Positions 25,578 through 40,325 of a stretch of DNA of 64,000 bases are shown here, piece after piece. This DNA is from Octopus vulgaris (lineage: Eukaryota). The stretch's first letter is position 1; the number at the start of each line of letters is the position of its first letter. The stretch is taken from the NCBI GenBank assembly GCA_951406725.2, contig OX597815.1, positions 3,534,001-3,598,000 on the forward strand. Direction: 5' to 3'. The position numbers and the translations under genes were made by a program. The notes beneath the pieces are model-generated. The model was not told the origin of the DNA, searched no databases, and saw only the letters and a list, made by a program, of their open reading frames with translations.

Positions 25578-26059
25578 AAAAATAGAGGCAAGGAGTAATA
25601 ACTAAGGATGGAAAAGATGTTAAGTGATAATACTGATGAAAGAGAAGTGTCCAGAAGACAATATGTAAAGTTAGGAGAGAGATAAATTGATGGCGAGATA
25701 AGATTGAATCAATAAGAGAGAGAGAAAGAGAATAGGAAAAGAGAGCAGGGAGAAGAGAGAGAGGGAGAGGGGGAGAGGAATAAATACAGGTAGTTATTTA
25801 TAGGGAAGGAGGGAGGGAGGGAGAAGTGGCGAGAGAGGAATATGTGGGGGTGGATTGATGGATGTAGGGTTACGAAAGGTTTTTAGATACACAGATATGT
25901 TAATCAAATACATCAATCAACCATATTATCAGTTTGAGTGGGAGAAAGAGAGAGAGAGAGAAAGAGGGAGAAAGAGACAGACAGAGAAACAGAAGAGAGA
26001 GCGAGTGGATGGATAGATAGAGAGAGAGAGAGAGGGAGAGATAAAGATAGACAGATAGG

Positions 26060-26095
<36 letters not shown>

Positions 26096-26103
26096 AGATA
26101 GAA

Positions 26104-26189
<86 letters not shown>

Positions 26190-26190
26190 G

Positions 26191-26238
<48 letters not shown>

Positions 26239-26435
26239 CAGACAGATAGGTAGATAAATGGATGTCAGTAGCGGGGGGGGGGGTGCGCAATGATGCCATT
26301 AAGAGGTAGGCTCCGAAACGGCGCGCATTATCTCCTGATGACCCCCATACACTTGCTGGCTTCCGGTAGGCGGAGCTTTCGACTGGTAGCACTTGCATTT
26401 GCAAGTTGTTTGCACATCACATACACACACACATG

Positions 26436-26485
<50 letters not shown>

Positions 26486-26699
26486 TGTATGTATGTATTT
26501 CTGTGTCTGTGTTTGTCCCACCAACATCGCTTGACAACCGCTGTTGGTGTGTTTACATCCCCGTAACATAGCGGTAGATATGTGCTAGGCTTACAACGAA
26601 TAAGACCTGGGGGCAATTTGAGCAACTAAAGTCGTTGCTCCAGAATGGCCGCAGTGAAATTGCAGAAACAAGTAAAAAAAGAATATGTGTATGTATAAA

Positions 26700-26710
26700 C
26701 GTAGTATATG

Positions 26711-26742
<32 letters not shown>

Positions 26743-26900
26743 TGTATGTATGTATGTGTGTGTGTATGTATGTATGTATGTATGCATGTATGTATGTATG
26801 TATGTGTGTATGTATGTATGTATGTGTGTATGTATGTATGTATGTATGTATGTGTGTATGTATGTATGTATGTGTGTATGTATGTATGTGTGTATATATG

Positions 26901-26933
<33 letters not shown>

Positions 26934-26996
26934 GTGTGTGTATGTATGTATGTATGTATGTATGCATGTATGTATGTATGTATGTGTGTATATATG

Positions 26997-27030
<34 letters not shown>

Positions 27031-27198
27031 TGTATGTATGTATGTGTGTATGTATGTATGTATGTATGTATGTATGTATGTATGTATGTATGTATGTGTG
27101 TGTGTATGTATGTGTGTATGTATGTATGTATGTATGTATGTGTGTATGTATGTATGTATGTATGTATGTATGTATGTATGTATGTATGTGTATATATG

Positions 27199-27233
<35 letters not shown>

Positions 27234-27280
27234 GTATGTAAGTATGTATGTATTTAAGTGTGTGTGTATGTATGTATGAG
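26700..27280. repeat. (TATG)n microsatellite
   Basis: Seen directly. Confidence 0.98.
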
Positions 27281-27552
27281 TGGCAGCAATGACGGAAACC
27301 ATGAGGAATCCTCCTTCATACACCACAACAAAACCAGTTTGACAAACTATTATTATAATGAAATTTATCGAACATTTGAAATTTCGTCATTTCATATTAC
27401 TTCGAAATTTCTTGAATATTTGAATTCGTATAAACATTTGACTCGTTTGCGATTTCTTTTACCGAGTTTTCTCTTGTATTTACTATTGAAAATCGAAAAC
27501 TATTCGTAAACTTCACAAGAGATATTCAGCAACTGTACTTTGGAGTAAAGAA

Positions 27553-27887
27553 TGTTTGCCAACATAACATGGCAGTCCTTGTTTAGGACAAATGTTGCTG
27601 TAATTTAGCCCCAGGACTAGTTGTCACTTTGAAGTCTATATATTTAGAACGGGAATTTGGCAGCGCCACCTCTAGCCGAACAATCATTCTGTGCTGATGA
27701 AGGGAAATAACCGGGAAATCGCGATACACAGATATTGTTTTGAGCTGATTTGGGGTGCTAGATTCCTTTGTTCGAAAATTTAAGGACACAGATCGTATCG
27801 TATAGCCAGCTGGGGATGAGGAATACTGGGGCTAAATTACAGCAACATTCGTCCTAAACCAGGACTGCCATGTTATGTTGGCAAACA
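27553..27887. mobile_element. Element with 62 bp TIRs enclosing a hammerhead
   Basis: Arms 27553-27614 and 27826-27887, two mismatches. Confidence 0.9.
27688..27732 (+). ncRNA. Type I hammerhead motif
   Basis: UCUGUG-CUGAUGA-agGGaaauaaCCgg-GAAA-UCGCGA-UA-CACAGA. Perfect 6 bp helix I and palindromic helix III. Confidence 0.8.
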
Positions 27888-28246
27888 ATATTTGCATCCT
27901 GAAAGCGGTTTGATATTTTAATAAGTTTGTAACAAACTTTAAAAACTCCGACTCTTGTATTAAGACCCAGGTACATTTTCAACCCCACAAACTAGTTTCC
28001 CTATATTCTTAATTGCCTGGAAACGTGCCTCATTTACACATCCGCACACTCACACCCATACAAACACACACAAACCTTCGAAACACGCATTGAGTCGAAC
28101 CAGGGGCAGCTGATGAAGGGGAATTTTCCTTGTATTGTTTGTCCTGTACTCTGTTTTTTCGTTGTTAAAAAAAGTCCATTTCCTTGTTTGATTTTATGTT
28201 TTCGTTTCTCGTTGTGTTCTACGTTTATTTGTGGTGTCCTGTACTC

Positions 28247-28315
<69 letters not shown>

Positions 28316-28472
28316 TGTATATATACATATAGATGTAAGTATGTACATATATGTATGTATATATGCATATGTTTTATTTATTTATTATATTGTTATTTTT
28401 TATTTAACGCACGCGTTGTTTCTCTTCTCCAAGTAAGTTTTTATTTATATATATACGACGGGCTTCTTTCAT

Positions 28473-28517
<45 letters not shown>

Positions 28518-29379
28518 GACGGGCTTCTTTCAGTTTCCGTCAAACAAATCCATTCATAAGTCTTTGTTGAGCCCAGGGCTATAGTTGCAGACACTTGCCT
28601 TAATATGCCGCGCAGTAAGACTGAACCCAGAACCATGTGGCTGAGAACCAAACGTCTAGCCACACAGCCACACCTGCGATTTCCGGATCTTTCCTGCCGA
28701 TTTTTGCGTGATGCGAAACCCTGATTCATCTACCCCAGTAGTTTGGCTACCGACCACCTATTCTTCTCCTAGTCAGCTGGATTTCTCTAACTATGTTGGT
28801 AGGATCAGCTGCAACACCAGCGTGTCTGTATGACTTCTCTGACCTGTCCAAACAACGTTGTTAGGGCCCAGTCGATAATTTTGGGGTCTGGTTGGGTCGT
28901 CAAATTACACAGTTTAGCGACAGTTACTGAGAGGCAGGTGGCCATAATAATGGCCCTTAAAGTGCTCGTAATGGTTGTAGTGGTGGTGTTGGAAGTGGTA
29001 ATGGTTGTGATGGTAGTGGTGGTGGTGGTGGTGAGTTGTGGAGGAGGTTACGGTGGTATTGGTGGTGGTTGCGGAGACGGTTGCGTTGGTCGTAGTAGTG
29101 TTTACTGTTGGGGACAATAGCGATAGTAGAATTTAGTATAGCTTTTTTTTTTTTTGTTGGTTGTGGTGGTGGAATTGATGTCGCTAAAGTTGAAAGGTGA
29201 TTGTCTCTTGACAAGAGGACACCTGTGTGTTTTGGCTTGGGACGAGCATGTAAATGGGAGGCAGAGGAGTGTATTGATGTATACATATACACATACATAA
29301 ATGTGTGTATGTGTGTGTGCGTGTGTGTGTATACGTATGTATGTATGTATATATATACGTAACATATATATGCATATAT

Positions 29380-29472
<93 letters not shown>

Positions 29473-30637
29473 CATACATATATACATACATACATACATA
29501 CATACACGCACACACATACACATAGACATTAGTACGAACCCGCACGAATTCCGAGTTGGTGTCTGGCGTGGTCACTTTGATATGCAAGGAATGGCACAGA
29601 ACAATTTGGTAATACTTTTGGACGAGGCAGCATTTATTGCCCGTCGGCATTCTCTGATGAAAGCGAAATTCAAGTGATGTTTATGGCAAACTTTGGTTTT
29701 TTGAATAAATAGCTGCATTAAATATACACAGACAGACACACAGACACACGCAAGCACACATACACACACGCACACATACATATTCAGGAACACACGTGTA
29801 ATTAAGGGATGTCAAATAAATTGAATAGACTCCCTTAGATTCCAAAATCAGAGATGTCCCATCCTTGGTTAGTAGAACTTTTATCACAACAAAAATGCAT
29901 AAGCGACATTTTACTTCTCCTTCCCCGATTTAATTAAATAGGAAACAAAATAGGCTTTGCGTGTATAGAATTGTTCTCCTTCAACTCCCTCCAGACTGCC
30001 CCGGGTTCTCTGATACAAACTTCATGTTTTAAAAAATTAAGTGAATATATATTCCAAAGGTCGAGTTCAAAATTAACTGAGACAAATACAGCGTGTTTCA
30101 ATAGGAACATGGTAGCAAAACGTTTCAAAAGATTTAAAAGAACGAAGGTTTAGTAAACCAGGTAATTTGTCCAGACTCTTCTTAATCATTACAAGATGGC
30201 CGGTGAGGAAAATACTGGGACAGTTGTATTATTTTTTGTAAGGGTATTGGAATTAGCCCTGTTAATATCAGACAGGAAATGAGAAGTCAAGTCGAAATGA
30301 CAAAGGCTACAAGTGATAAATGTCGCCTGTTTTAGTGAAGTCAACTTCCGACCCAACGAGTTAAGTCAAAAGGAATCTTCTTCAGCCAAGTCAAGGGGAA
30401 TCTTCTTCGAGTACTTAACAACATAAAACTTCAGCTCTGGATGAAGAAGCTTGAGAAAAATCCTCCTTTAATTGACATGAAGAACTCCTTCCTGATTCAG
30501 AAGGGCCATAGATTCAGTGAAAGACACTCATCCTGCTGAGGAGGAGAACGGAATGATCAAAAGTTGCTTTGGTCAGCAAGGGTTACAACACCGGACCAGC
30601 AATCTATGACTGCAGTGAAGCAGAACATACTATCGAA

Positions 30638-30887
30638 CAATGCTCCCCAACCGGGGTCCCTAAAACCTTTGCAGGTCCATATCAGATTTTGTTGTTAAAA
30701 TTTATCTGTAATAAATTGGTTATTTAACAATATATTATTTAAATATTTTTACAATTTTTCATACATTTGCTAATAATACTTAAGTATAAAAATAAAATAG
30801 AATTTTTTTTCAAAAAACGAATGGCTATAATGACCCATCCGAAATAAAAATAGGGTTCCAGAGGCAAAAAATAGTTGAGAACCACTG
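30638..30887. mobile_element. hAT-like MITE
   Basis: Ends CAATGCTCCCCAAC and GTTGAGAACCACTG resemble CAGTGGTTCTCAAC-type TIRs; no clear target-site duplication. Confidence 0.6.
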
Positions 30888-31028
30888 CTGAAGTGTATTG
30901 CGTAAAGAACTGTGCAAAGAAATGCGAAACTGTTTCCACCAGCAGACTTCGACGACTCGAAAGAAGAAATATTGACATGGATTCATTGACTGCGAAGACG
31001 GTAGAAACAGAATGGTAAATGGTTTTTA

Positions 31029-31262
<234 letters not shown>

Positions 31263-31293
31263 TCATACATACATATATGTGTATACAAATATG

Positions 31294-31330
<37 letters not shown>

Positions 31331-31335
<5 letters not shown>

Positions 31336-31555
31336 ATCCAAACAAGAAAACACAAAAAAAAACACAACAACGCGAGGACGTGGAACAAATAAAGTATTAT
31401 TGGACGCTCAGGAAAGAAGGGAAGAAGGAGGATTTAACGTTTCGAGCGGAGCTTTTCGTCGGAAACATAGGAGAAGGAAAGATCCAGAGAAGGGAAGACA
31501 GAGGAAAAAAATCGCCAGCGGTACTCACGAGGTCACATATTGAAAGACCGGAAGT
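31331..31555 (-). mobile_element. Family H1 short element (Penelope pLTR-like) with HHR motif at 31432-31466
   Basis: Aligns with 48857-49068; GUUU-CCGACGA-A-aAGC-ucc-GCUc-GAAA-CG-UU-AAAU; flanked by (TA)n. Confidence 0.7.
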
Positions 31556-31697
31556 AATATATATATATATATATATATATATCAATGTTTGCATTTTATG
31601 TTCAGTTATAACAAAAACAATTTTTCATTAATCTCACGGGTTTCTCTATAATTTTGTAGAGCACGAATTCATTATTCTTAAACAAGAATATCGTTGA

Positions 31698-31783
31698 CAG
31701 TGAGTTGGATGTTTCAGCTTAGATTAACTTCAGTACATCACAGACCCATGAGGGTTTAGCTGGCCGAAACTTCGAAGTCACTG
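31698..31783. mobile_element. Short MITE of the same family as 62348-62648
   Basis: CAGTGAGTTGGATGTTTCAGC .. GCCGAAACTTCGAAGTCACTG. Confidence 0.6.
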
Positions 31784-33184
31784 CCGATATTGTACTTGTT
31801 GAACAATAATGTACATATGTATGTACAGTGTTGTGTGTGTGTGCTTATGTAAATAAATATATATATATATACACACACACACACATACATACATACATAC
31901 ATACATACATACATACATACATACATACATTCATATATACAGACAGACAGATAGATACATACATACATACATACATACATACATACATACATACATACAT
32001 ACATACATGTATATATATATACATATATATATATTTATATATGCACACACGCACATGTATAAGCATATCAACTTGTATTTTTAACCCTTAATCAGCAAAA
32101 TATACAAAGTAGCAGGACGACCGAGATTTCGTTCATGGCTCTTAACAAGTCTTAATGCGATGCATAAAAAGCATAAACTTGTTTCGGTCATTTAGACAGA
32201 GGCGGTGGGCGACAAACACAGACACCAAGACATACACATGTAGACATATATATATAGAGAGAGAGAGAATGGGCTTCTTTCAGTTTCCGTCTACCAAATC
32301 CACTCACAAGTCTCTGATTGATCTGAGGCTGTAGTAAAAAAACACTTACTGAAGGTTCCATGCAGTGGGACTGAAACCGTATCTCTGCTGTTGGGAAGTA
32401 AACCTCTTACTTACACAGCCGCGAGGATCTTCGTTTAATAAATAAAAAATATGATAGATTGGCAAAAGAGTTTCTGCAAACGTTTATGCATAACACAAAG
32501 ATGCAAATATTTAAAGCAAACTTTTATACCACGCCCTAATCCCCTCACCTTCGACTCGCCATTAGGCCTCCCCACTGAGCTCTCACTGGGCTGTCAGTCC
32601 CCCGCCACCCACTTAACTTTCACCGAACCGTCTCTTGAAACATAACTATGAAGGGAATATATTTACCTTTTCCTCTATCAGGCTGTGACCTGTTATCTCC
32701 TCAGGTAACTCAATTATCTATTAATTTGCTCTTCACAGCGAGAGGTAGCATGTGCTGTTAGTTTTAAACGTTTGTATCTTTTTTATTATGATAGTTAGGC
32801 GTAAGGAGGCCGTTTCTGTTTTCACCGTTTGTTACTTGTGAATCAACAAAATGTGTTGTAAAGGCTGGGAAGAGCAAGAATTATGGACAAGACTTGCCGG
32901 AAATTTCTGTCCAGATTAAAAGAGGTAAAAAAAAAAAAATTAATTGCCGCCAATCGGGTGCTGTGCTTGTATAGACACATATATGTGTGTATGTAGATGT
33001 GTTTGTGTGAGAGAGAGATAGAGAGATAGAGAGAGAGTTAGTGTGTGTGTATTGCTGCAAGCCGAAGCAGCGAAGTCACTGCCAAGCTTTTATCAAAGAC
33101 ATATTCTACCAAAGACTGTTGAGCAATTCTTCAGTTTAATGGAAAATTGATTCAATAAATTTAGTTTTAAAAAACTTTTATATC

Positions 33185-33374
33185 ATTCTTTTACTTGTTT
33201 CAGTCATTGGACTGCGACCATGCTGGAGCACCGCCTTCCAGAATACTCAGTCGCACGAATCGTACTTATTTTGTAACGCCTGGTACTTATTTTATCGATC
33301 TTTTTTTGCCGAACCGCTAGTTACGAGAACGTAAACACACTGACACCGGTTGCCAAGTGGTGGCGGGGGAGACA

Positions 33375-33405
<31 letters not shown>

Positions 33406-33600
33406 TACGCACATAAACAGACACCCTGATATATATGTACACATTCATACAACAGGGATCTTTCAGTTTCCGTCTGACAAACCCGTTCACACGGCTTTAG
33501 TCTGTTCGAGGTTACACTTGCTCAAGGTGCCAAGCAATTCGACTGAATGCAGAAACCATGTTCTTGGGAAGCAAACTTCTCGCCACACAGCCACATTTAC
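33185..33600 (-). mobile_element. SINE family A, diverged
   Basis: Reverse-complement similarity. Confidence 0.8.
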
Positions 33601-33604
33601 GCCA

Positions 33605-33690
<86 letters not shown>

Positions 33691-33795
33691 ATTTACGTAC
33701 CAGTGCATATATGTACAGATATGATTTTCCCACGCGAGTTTATTTGTCTACGAGCTTTATATATGATGTGTGTGTATATATGAGTCCATGCGTTT

Positions 33796-33910
<115 letters not shown>

Positions 33911-33991
33911 TATGTGTAAAATTTGACAGCCTCTGATAGATACCGGAATTATAGCTGACTTCGCACCCGCATATACTTGCAGATACACAAG

Positions 33992-34034
<43 letters not shown>

Positions 34035-34043
34035 GCACATACC

Positions 34044-34084
<41 letters not shown>

Positions 34085-34595
34085 AGTGAAAGTGAACTGT
34101 GACTTCAGGTGTTCGTACGTGTATGTAGTAAACTCCGTTTTTTGTGTTTCGGCGGGGGTGGGCCTTGTTTATTGGAGACGGAAAGCCTAAACAAGGCATG
34201 AAAAGTCAAGTTTAATCCTATTGTATTGTAAAGGTAGGTTTCAATTTTGATCGTCTGCCTTGTGTTAAGGGATCAACTGCGACAATAGGACCGCAGAGAA
34301 GTTTTTAAAAAATAAAACAGAAAAAAAAAACAAAACAAGAATCCTTGTTATTGAATAAAAAAAAAAATAATAAATTCAGTGATTTAGTTTTTCTGATGTT
34401 TTTTGTTATTTTTATATGTGTTGGTCGACATCCCACACGTGTCTGTTTTAAAAAAATATTTCTTTCCGGAATCTCATGCAAACGAGAAGTTACTATTCGT
34501 TAGAGTTATATTTTTATTTTATTCATTTTCATATTTGTGTGTGATTTTGAATTTTATAATTATTTTTTCCTCTATTTTTCTGCTTTTATTTTATT

Positions 34596-34626
<31 letters not shown>

Positions 34627-35034
34627 TTCTGTATCGTCTGCTTCATTGAAATAAAATCGTTTGATAAAAGGAGAGAACAAAATTGAAAGATGAGAGGAAG
34701 AAAGACAGTGAAAACTTTGAAATGAGATGCGGCTTTGATGTTTGAGTCAAAGAGAAATTTGTACAAAAGAATTCTTTCTTATCTAATGAGGAATTAATTG
34801 TCTTCGCAATTTGTGTCATTTTGTATTCAGCTTCGAAAAAACTAACGAAGGAATTTGTTTCTTGATCGGCGAATTTAGATATTGCGAGCTATGAAATGGC
34901 CATAAAGAGTGTATTTCGTTGTGTTTCATTTCATCTTAATTGAAATACATAATAATAATAACGATAATAATAAAAAAAAAAATAATAATAATATGAATAA
35001 TAACAACAACAACAACAACAGCATAATAATAAGA

Positions 35035-35127
35035 ATTATGATAATGATGACGACGACAACGACGATAACGATTTCCACGATGACGACGTAATGATGATGA
35101 TGATGATGATGACGACGACGACGACGA

Positions 35128-35194
<67 letters not shown>

Positions 35195-35249
35195 GATGAT
35201 GATGACGACGATGGTGATGATAATGACGATGATGATGATGGTGATGGTG

Positions 35250-35281
<32 letters not shown>

Positions 35282-35337
35282 GATGTTGATGATGATGATG
35301 ACGACGACAACGGTGATAACGACAACGACAATGATGG

Positions 35338-35370
<33 letters not shown>

Positions 35371-35480
35371 CGACGACGACAACGACGACGACGACGATGA
35401 TGATGGTGACGATGATGATGATGATGATGATGATGATGACAATGGGGATGATGATGATGATGATGAGTATGATGTTGAAT
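35035..35480. repeat. (GAT/GAC)n microsatellite
   Basis: Seen directly. Confidence 0.98.
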
Positions 35481-35734
35481 ATAAAAATCAGTAAACGCAA
35501 AAGAAACGTAATTATCTGAGAATATTGAAAAGTGACGAAACCAAAAACATTGAAATGAAGGAAAAACAGTGAAAAATGCTTCTTTTTTCTTTTTTCTTTT
35601 TCTTAGAATGAAGAAGAAGATTCTAAAATCTAAATTAAATATGGAAATCGTCCTACACGTAGTCAGCCTGGGTGTAGTAACCCTAGGAAGGTCCGGGGCA
35701 GGAATTAAGTAGCACTCCATCAGTTAGGATGGGG

Positions 35735-36030
35735 TGTGTTTCAGTTGATCTGATCAACGGAGAAGACAGTTCGGGAAATTAACGCGGAAGTGGCTGAGTA
35801 CTCCACAGTTGCGGGTACCCTTAACGAAGTTCTCAAGGAGATTCAGCGGGGCACTGAATGTGCCAAGGTGGGCCCTTTTGAATTACAGGTACGACTCATT
35901 TTTGCCAGCTGAGTGGAGGGGATTGGAGCAGTGTGAAATAAAGTGTCTTGCTCAAGGAGACAACGTGCCCCTGGGAAACGAACTCACGAACTCACGATCG
36001 TGAGCCGCACATCCTAACTACTAAACCACG
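35735..36030 (-). mobile_element. SINE family C
   Basis: Similar to 7320-7870. Confidence 0.75.
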
Positions 36031-36672
36031 TGACACTACTCGAGAGGGATAAGTGAATGGGTGGGGGGAAAGAATGAGTTGAAGGACCTCGAGAGAGAGA
36101 AGAATACACAGGAATTTGTGAATGAGGGAAAGAATGTGTTGAAGGACTTCGAGAGAGAGAGAGAAAAAAAAAAAACAGAGAAGCAGCTCACAATGCACAG
36201 AAGCATGCATTCTCAATCTGATGTCGAAGAGGAGGCGGAAGAGGATGGATGATTGTCAAGATGGTAGTAGGACTAAAGAAGACAAGTCCAGGTTCTTGTA
36301 GAGCAGACAAAGAAGAAACACTAATGACTAACAAACAACCGATTGATTGTTTGATCTACACATTGATTTAACTAATTGACTAACGATAAAGAAGTGATAT
36401 TGAACCAGTGCGTGTGTTGTTGTTTTTATTGGCGTAACGACCTTTCCAAAATGCAACAAGAAATACTCCTTAAGTTGATAATAAACGAAGGTTCGTTTAC
36501 AGAATGTGCAGAATCTCAAAGAAGACGCGGGAAAAAAGGGGTCAAACGTTGAGAGGGAAAATCTCCACTCAGTGTTTTTTGTAAGAACACAAAAAAAACA
36601 TGAACCGACAGGGATATCTAGTTAAAGAAAGGAACTAAGGAAGTGATCTTGGCGGTACAGGAATAGTTCCTT

Positions 36673-37075
36673 AGGCGCAGGCTGTGTGGTAAAACGTCTG
36701 CTTCCCAACCACATGGTTCCAGGTTCAGTCCCATTGCAAGGTACCTTGGGCAAGTGTCTTTTACTATAGTCTTGAGCCGGTCAAAGCCTTGTGAGTGGAT
36801 TTGGTAGAAGGAAACTAAAAGAAACCCGTCGTATATATACATGTGTGTATGATTGTGTATGTGTGTGTGTGCGTCATTGTATCTATTTTTGTCCTCCACC
36901 ACCACTTGACAACCATTGTTGGTTTGTTTACGTCCCCGTAAGTTACCGGTTCGGCAAAAGAGACCGATAAAATAAGTACAAGTCTTACGAAAAAAATGCA
37001 CTGGGGTCGATTTATTCGACTAAAAAATCCTCTCGAAGCGATGCCCAAGCATGACCGCAGTCTAATTAAAAGATA
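36673..37075 (+). mobile_element. SINE family A
   Basis: Full length, diverged. Confidence 0.85.
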
Positions 37076-37129
37076 AAAGGCGGAAGATTAAACGATAAAC
37101 TGAATTAAGGAAACGGTAGATCAACAAGA

Positions 37130-37735
37130 CTGCTCTCCTGCCCCCACCAAAATCGCGCATGTGTGATGATTTTGATAAGACCTTAACTCATACTGTATCG
37201 GAATGTTTACAGTTAGCTCAGAAGGAACAGAAACAGAGAAATTATGATAAAACTGCTGCAACGATCTGCTGGAATATTTTCAAGAAATTTGGTTTAGCAT
37301 TCACGAAAGAAAACAAACTATAAATATTTTGTAGGAACAGACGAGTAATAAACCTTCGAAAACGATACTGATGTTGAGGGACTTGCCTATGTGAAAGAAG
37401 AAAGGAATACAACAGACCGGATATTGTAGCCATTGATAAGAGGAAAGTGTATATTGTAATCGACACGGCATGTTCCTTTGATAGTAGAACTTACAAAAAA
37501 GGAAAAAGAAAAAGCAGAGTATTACATCCACTTGGAGTATGAAATGTTCAGGTGCTGGAGTAGAGAATTTAACAGTTCATGATACTGCCGATTATTATTA
37601 GGGCCTTGGGAACAATAGCAAAATATTTGAGGACAAACCTTGAGAAAATTTTATCTTAACCTGAAAGTAGGCGCAGCGAAAGAAAGCAAGTCTATCGCGT
37701 TCAGAAAGCAATTATCTGAAAAGTCCTCAATGCAA
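37130..37735 (+). mobile_element. Degenerate R4/Dong-like RLE LINE fragment
   Basis: Remnant peptides THTVSEC, RPDIVAID and PIIIRALGTI. Confidence 0.65.
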
Positions 37736-37949
37736 TATGAGAACAGATCTTTTAACTTTCATCTTTCACTTGTTTCAGTCATCAGACTGCGGCCATGCTG
37801 GGGCACGGCCTTCAAGAACTTTTAGTCGAAGGAATGTAACTTTTTATATTATTGATTTCTAGAAGAGAAAATGTAAGAGATTTTCGTCATCAGCAGACAA
37901 AATTATAAGAGTGTAGAAAATGTGAAAAAAATTCTGATGGTTTTATCTT

Positions 37950-38153
37950 TTATCCTTTATTTGTTTCAGTCATTTCACTGCGGCCATACTGGAGCACCGC
38001 CTTCAGTCGAGGAAATCGACCGCCAGGACTTATTCTTTGTAAGCCTAGTACTTATTCTATCGGTGTCTTAGGCTGAACCGCTAAGTGACGGGGACGTAAA
38101 CACACCAGCATCGGTTGTCAAGCGATGTTTGGGGGACAAACACAGACACACAA

Positions 38154-38248
<95 letters not shown>

Positions 38249-38252
38249 TATA

Positions 38253-38326
<74 letters not shown>

Positions 38327-38487
38327 CGACGGGCTTCTTTCAGTTTCCGTCTGCCAAATCCACTCCCAAGGCTTTGGTTGGCTCGAGGCTAGAAGACACT
38401 TGCCCAAGGTGCCATGCAGTGGGACTGAACCCGGAACCATGTGGCTGGTAAGTAAGCTACTTACCACACAGCCACTCCTGCGCCTAT
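37950..38487 (-). mobile_element. SINE family A
   Basis: Full length with an expanded internal microsatellite. Confidence 0.9.
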
Positions 38488-38704
38488 GGGTAAAATTTAA
38501 GAAGATCCCATGATGGAATGCCATTGGCCATAGGTTTTCCGTGTTAAGGCTGAGTTTAACAGCACCAACAACAGCAACAACAATGACGAACACGCCACAG
38601 TAAAGAAGTGGTGACCCGAATTAAGCAAGACACGGTTGTGACACTGTGACGGGAACTCGCGCAGCACAGATGACCTTCACCAGTCAACAATGTATTTGTT
38701 ACAC

Positions 38705-38738
<34 letters not shown>

Positions 38739-39125
38739 ATCGCCGGCAAGCGCGCAAATGACGTCATTTAAATGAGATGAGACCACGCGCAGCTGAACGA
38801 CAACGTTTGATAGATAGGAGGACAATGATAGCGGGGGGGGCGGGGCAGGGCGGACGGCAAGGAGGGATGTTATCAGTGGTTTCTTGTTGAAAACTCCCAG
38901 CTCCCTCCGACTCCCTCTCGTAACCCTCTCTTTCTCTCTCTATTTCTGTCTCTTTCTTTCTCTCTTTCTCTTTCTTTCTTTCTCTCCATTTTTCTCTCTG
39001 TTTTTTTTCTCTTTCTTTCTCTCTTTCTCTTGCTTTCTCGCTTGCTTTCTCTCTTTCTGTCTCTCTTTCTCTCTATTTCTCTCCCTCTCTCTTTCTCTCT
39101 CTCTCCTTCTTTTCTCTCTCTCCTT

Positions 39126-39187
<62 letters not shown>

Positions 39188-39249
39188 TCAGTCGCTCAGA
39201 GCAGATGGTAAAATGGTTAGTGAAAACATACTTGGCTAAGTTACTGCAT

Positions 39250-39295
<46 letters not shown>

Positions 39296-39701
39296 ATGTT
39301 AGTACGAGTGAGTGTGTGTGAGGGAGTGTGTGTGTGTGCATGTATGTGAGTGCCTATGTGTGTGTATATGTGCGTGAATCTGTGTGTTTGCGTGCGGTGC
39401 GCATTAACATAACTTCACGTCGAGAAACAATAAAATAGAATAAACTTCACCACCGTTATCCCCACCGACACCACCGTCACCCCACCAACTCCACCACCAT
39501 CGCCTCCGCCTCCGCGCCGCCATCACCGCCACCACCACCACAACGACACCAACAGCAACAATATCTCTGGCTCTGCAATGACCTCCTTTTTTTATGTGTG
39601 GATGTCTTTTCTTTAGAAGCAATAACTTTGATTGTGTGTGGCTCTGAGGAAATTTACTCGGAGACTCATTGGAATAGATTACAACTGAAGGCGGGGGTGT
39701 G

Positions 39702-39771
<70 letters not shown>

Positions 39772-39895
39772 CGTGTGTATGAGCGTGTGTGTGTGCGTGT
39801 GCTGTTGTAGACTTGATGCCCACACACCCCGTAGACGTATGTATGTGTATGTGTGCGTTTGAATGTATCTCTGTGTATATGTGTATCCATGTATG

Positions 39896-39945
<50 letters not shown>

Positions 39946-40072
39946 CATGTATGTATGCATGTATGTATGTATGTATGTATGTATGTATGTATGTATGTAT
40001 GTTATGTATGTATGTATGTATGTATCTATGTATGTATCTATGTATGTGTGTATACGAGCACATTTATCTATA

Positions 40073-40239
40073 TGGAGACGCAAACATGACTGTGTGGTAA
40101 GAATCTTGCTTCCCAACCACATCGCCCTGGGTTCAGTCCCACTGTGTGGTACCTTGTGCACGTGTCTTCAGCTGTAGCCTCAAGCCGACCAAAACCTTGT
40201 GAGTGGATTTGGTAGACGGAAACTGAAAGAAACCCGTCG

Positions 40240-40278
<39 letters not shown>

Positions 40279-40325
40279 TGTACCACCGACTGGCCGTAGT
40301 CTAATGACTGAAGCCAGTAAAACAT
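40073..40325 (+). mobile_element. SINE family A, internally deleted
   Basis: Head and tail present. Confidence 0.8.

Noticed and set aside
28075-28135. GAAA..CTGATGA, possible type II hammerhead
   Set aside because: No helix I pairing and a weak helix III.
29654-29680. CTGATGA-AAGC-GAAA
   Set aside because: No helix II, no valid NUH site and no helix I.
37765-37900. Two minus-strand CTGATGA-(1-2 nt)-GAAA strings
   Set aside because: One is a variant of the SINE A tail; neither has helix II or a convincing helix I.
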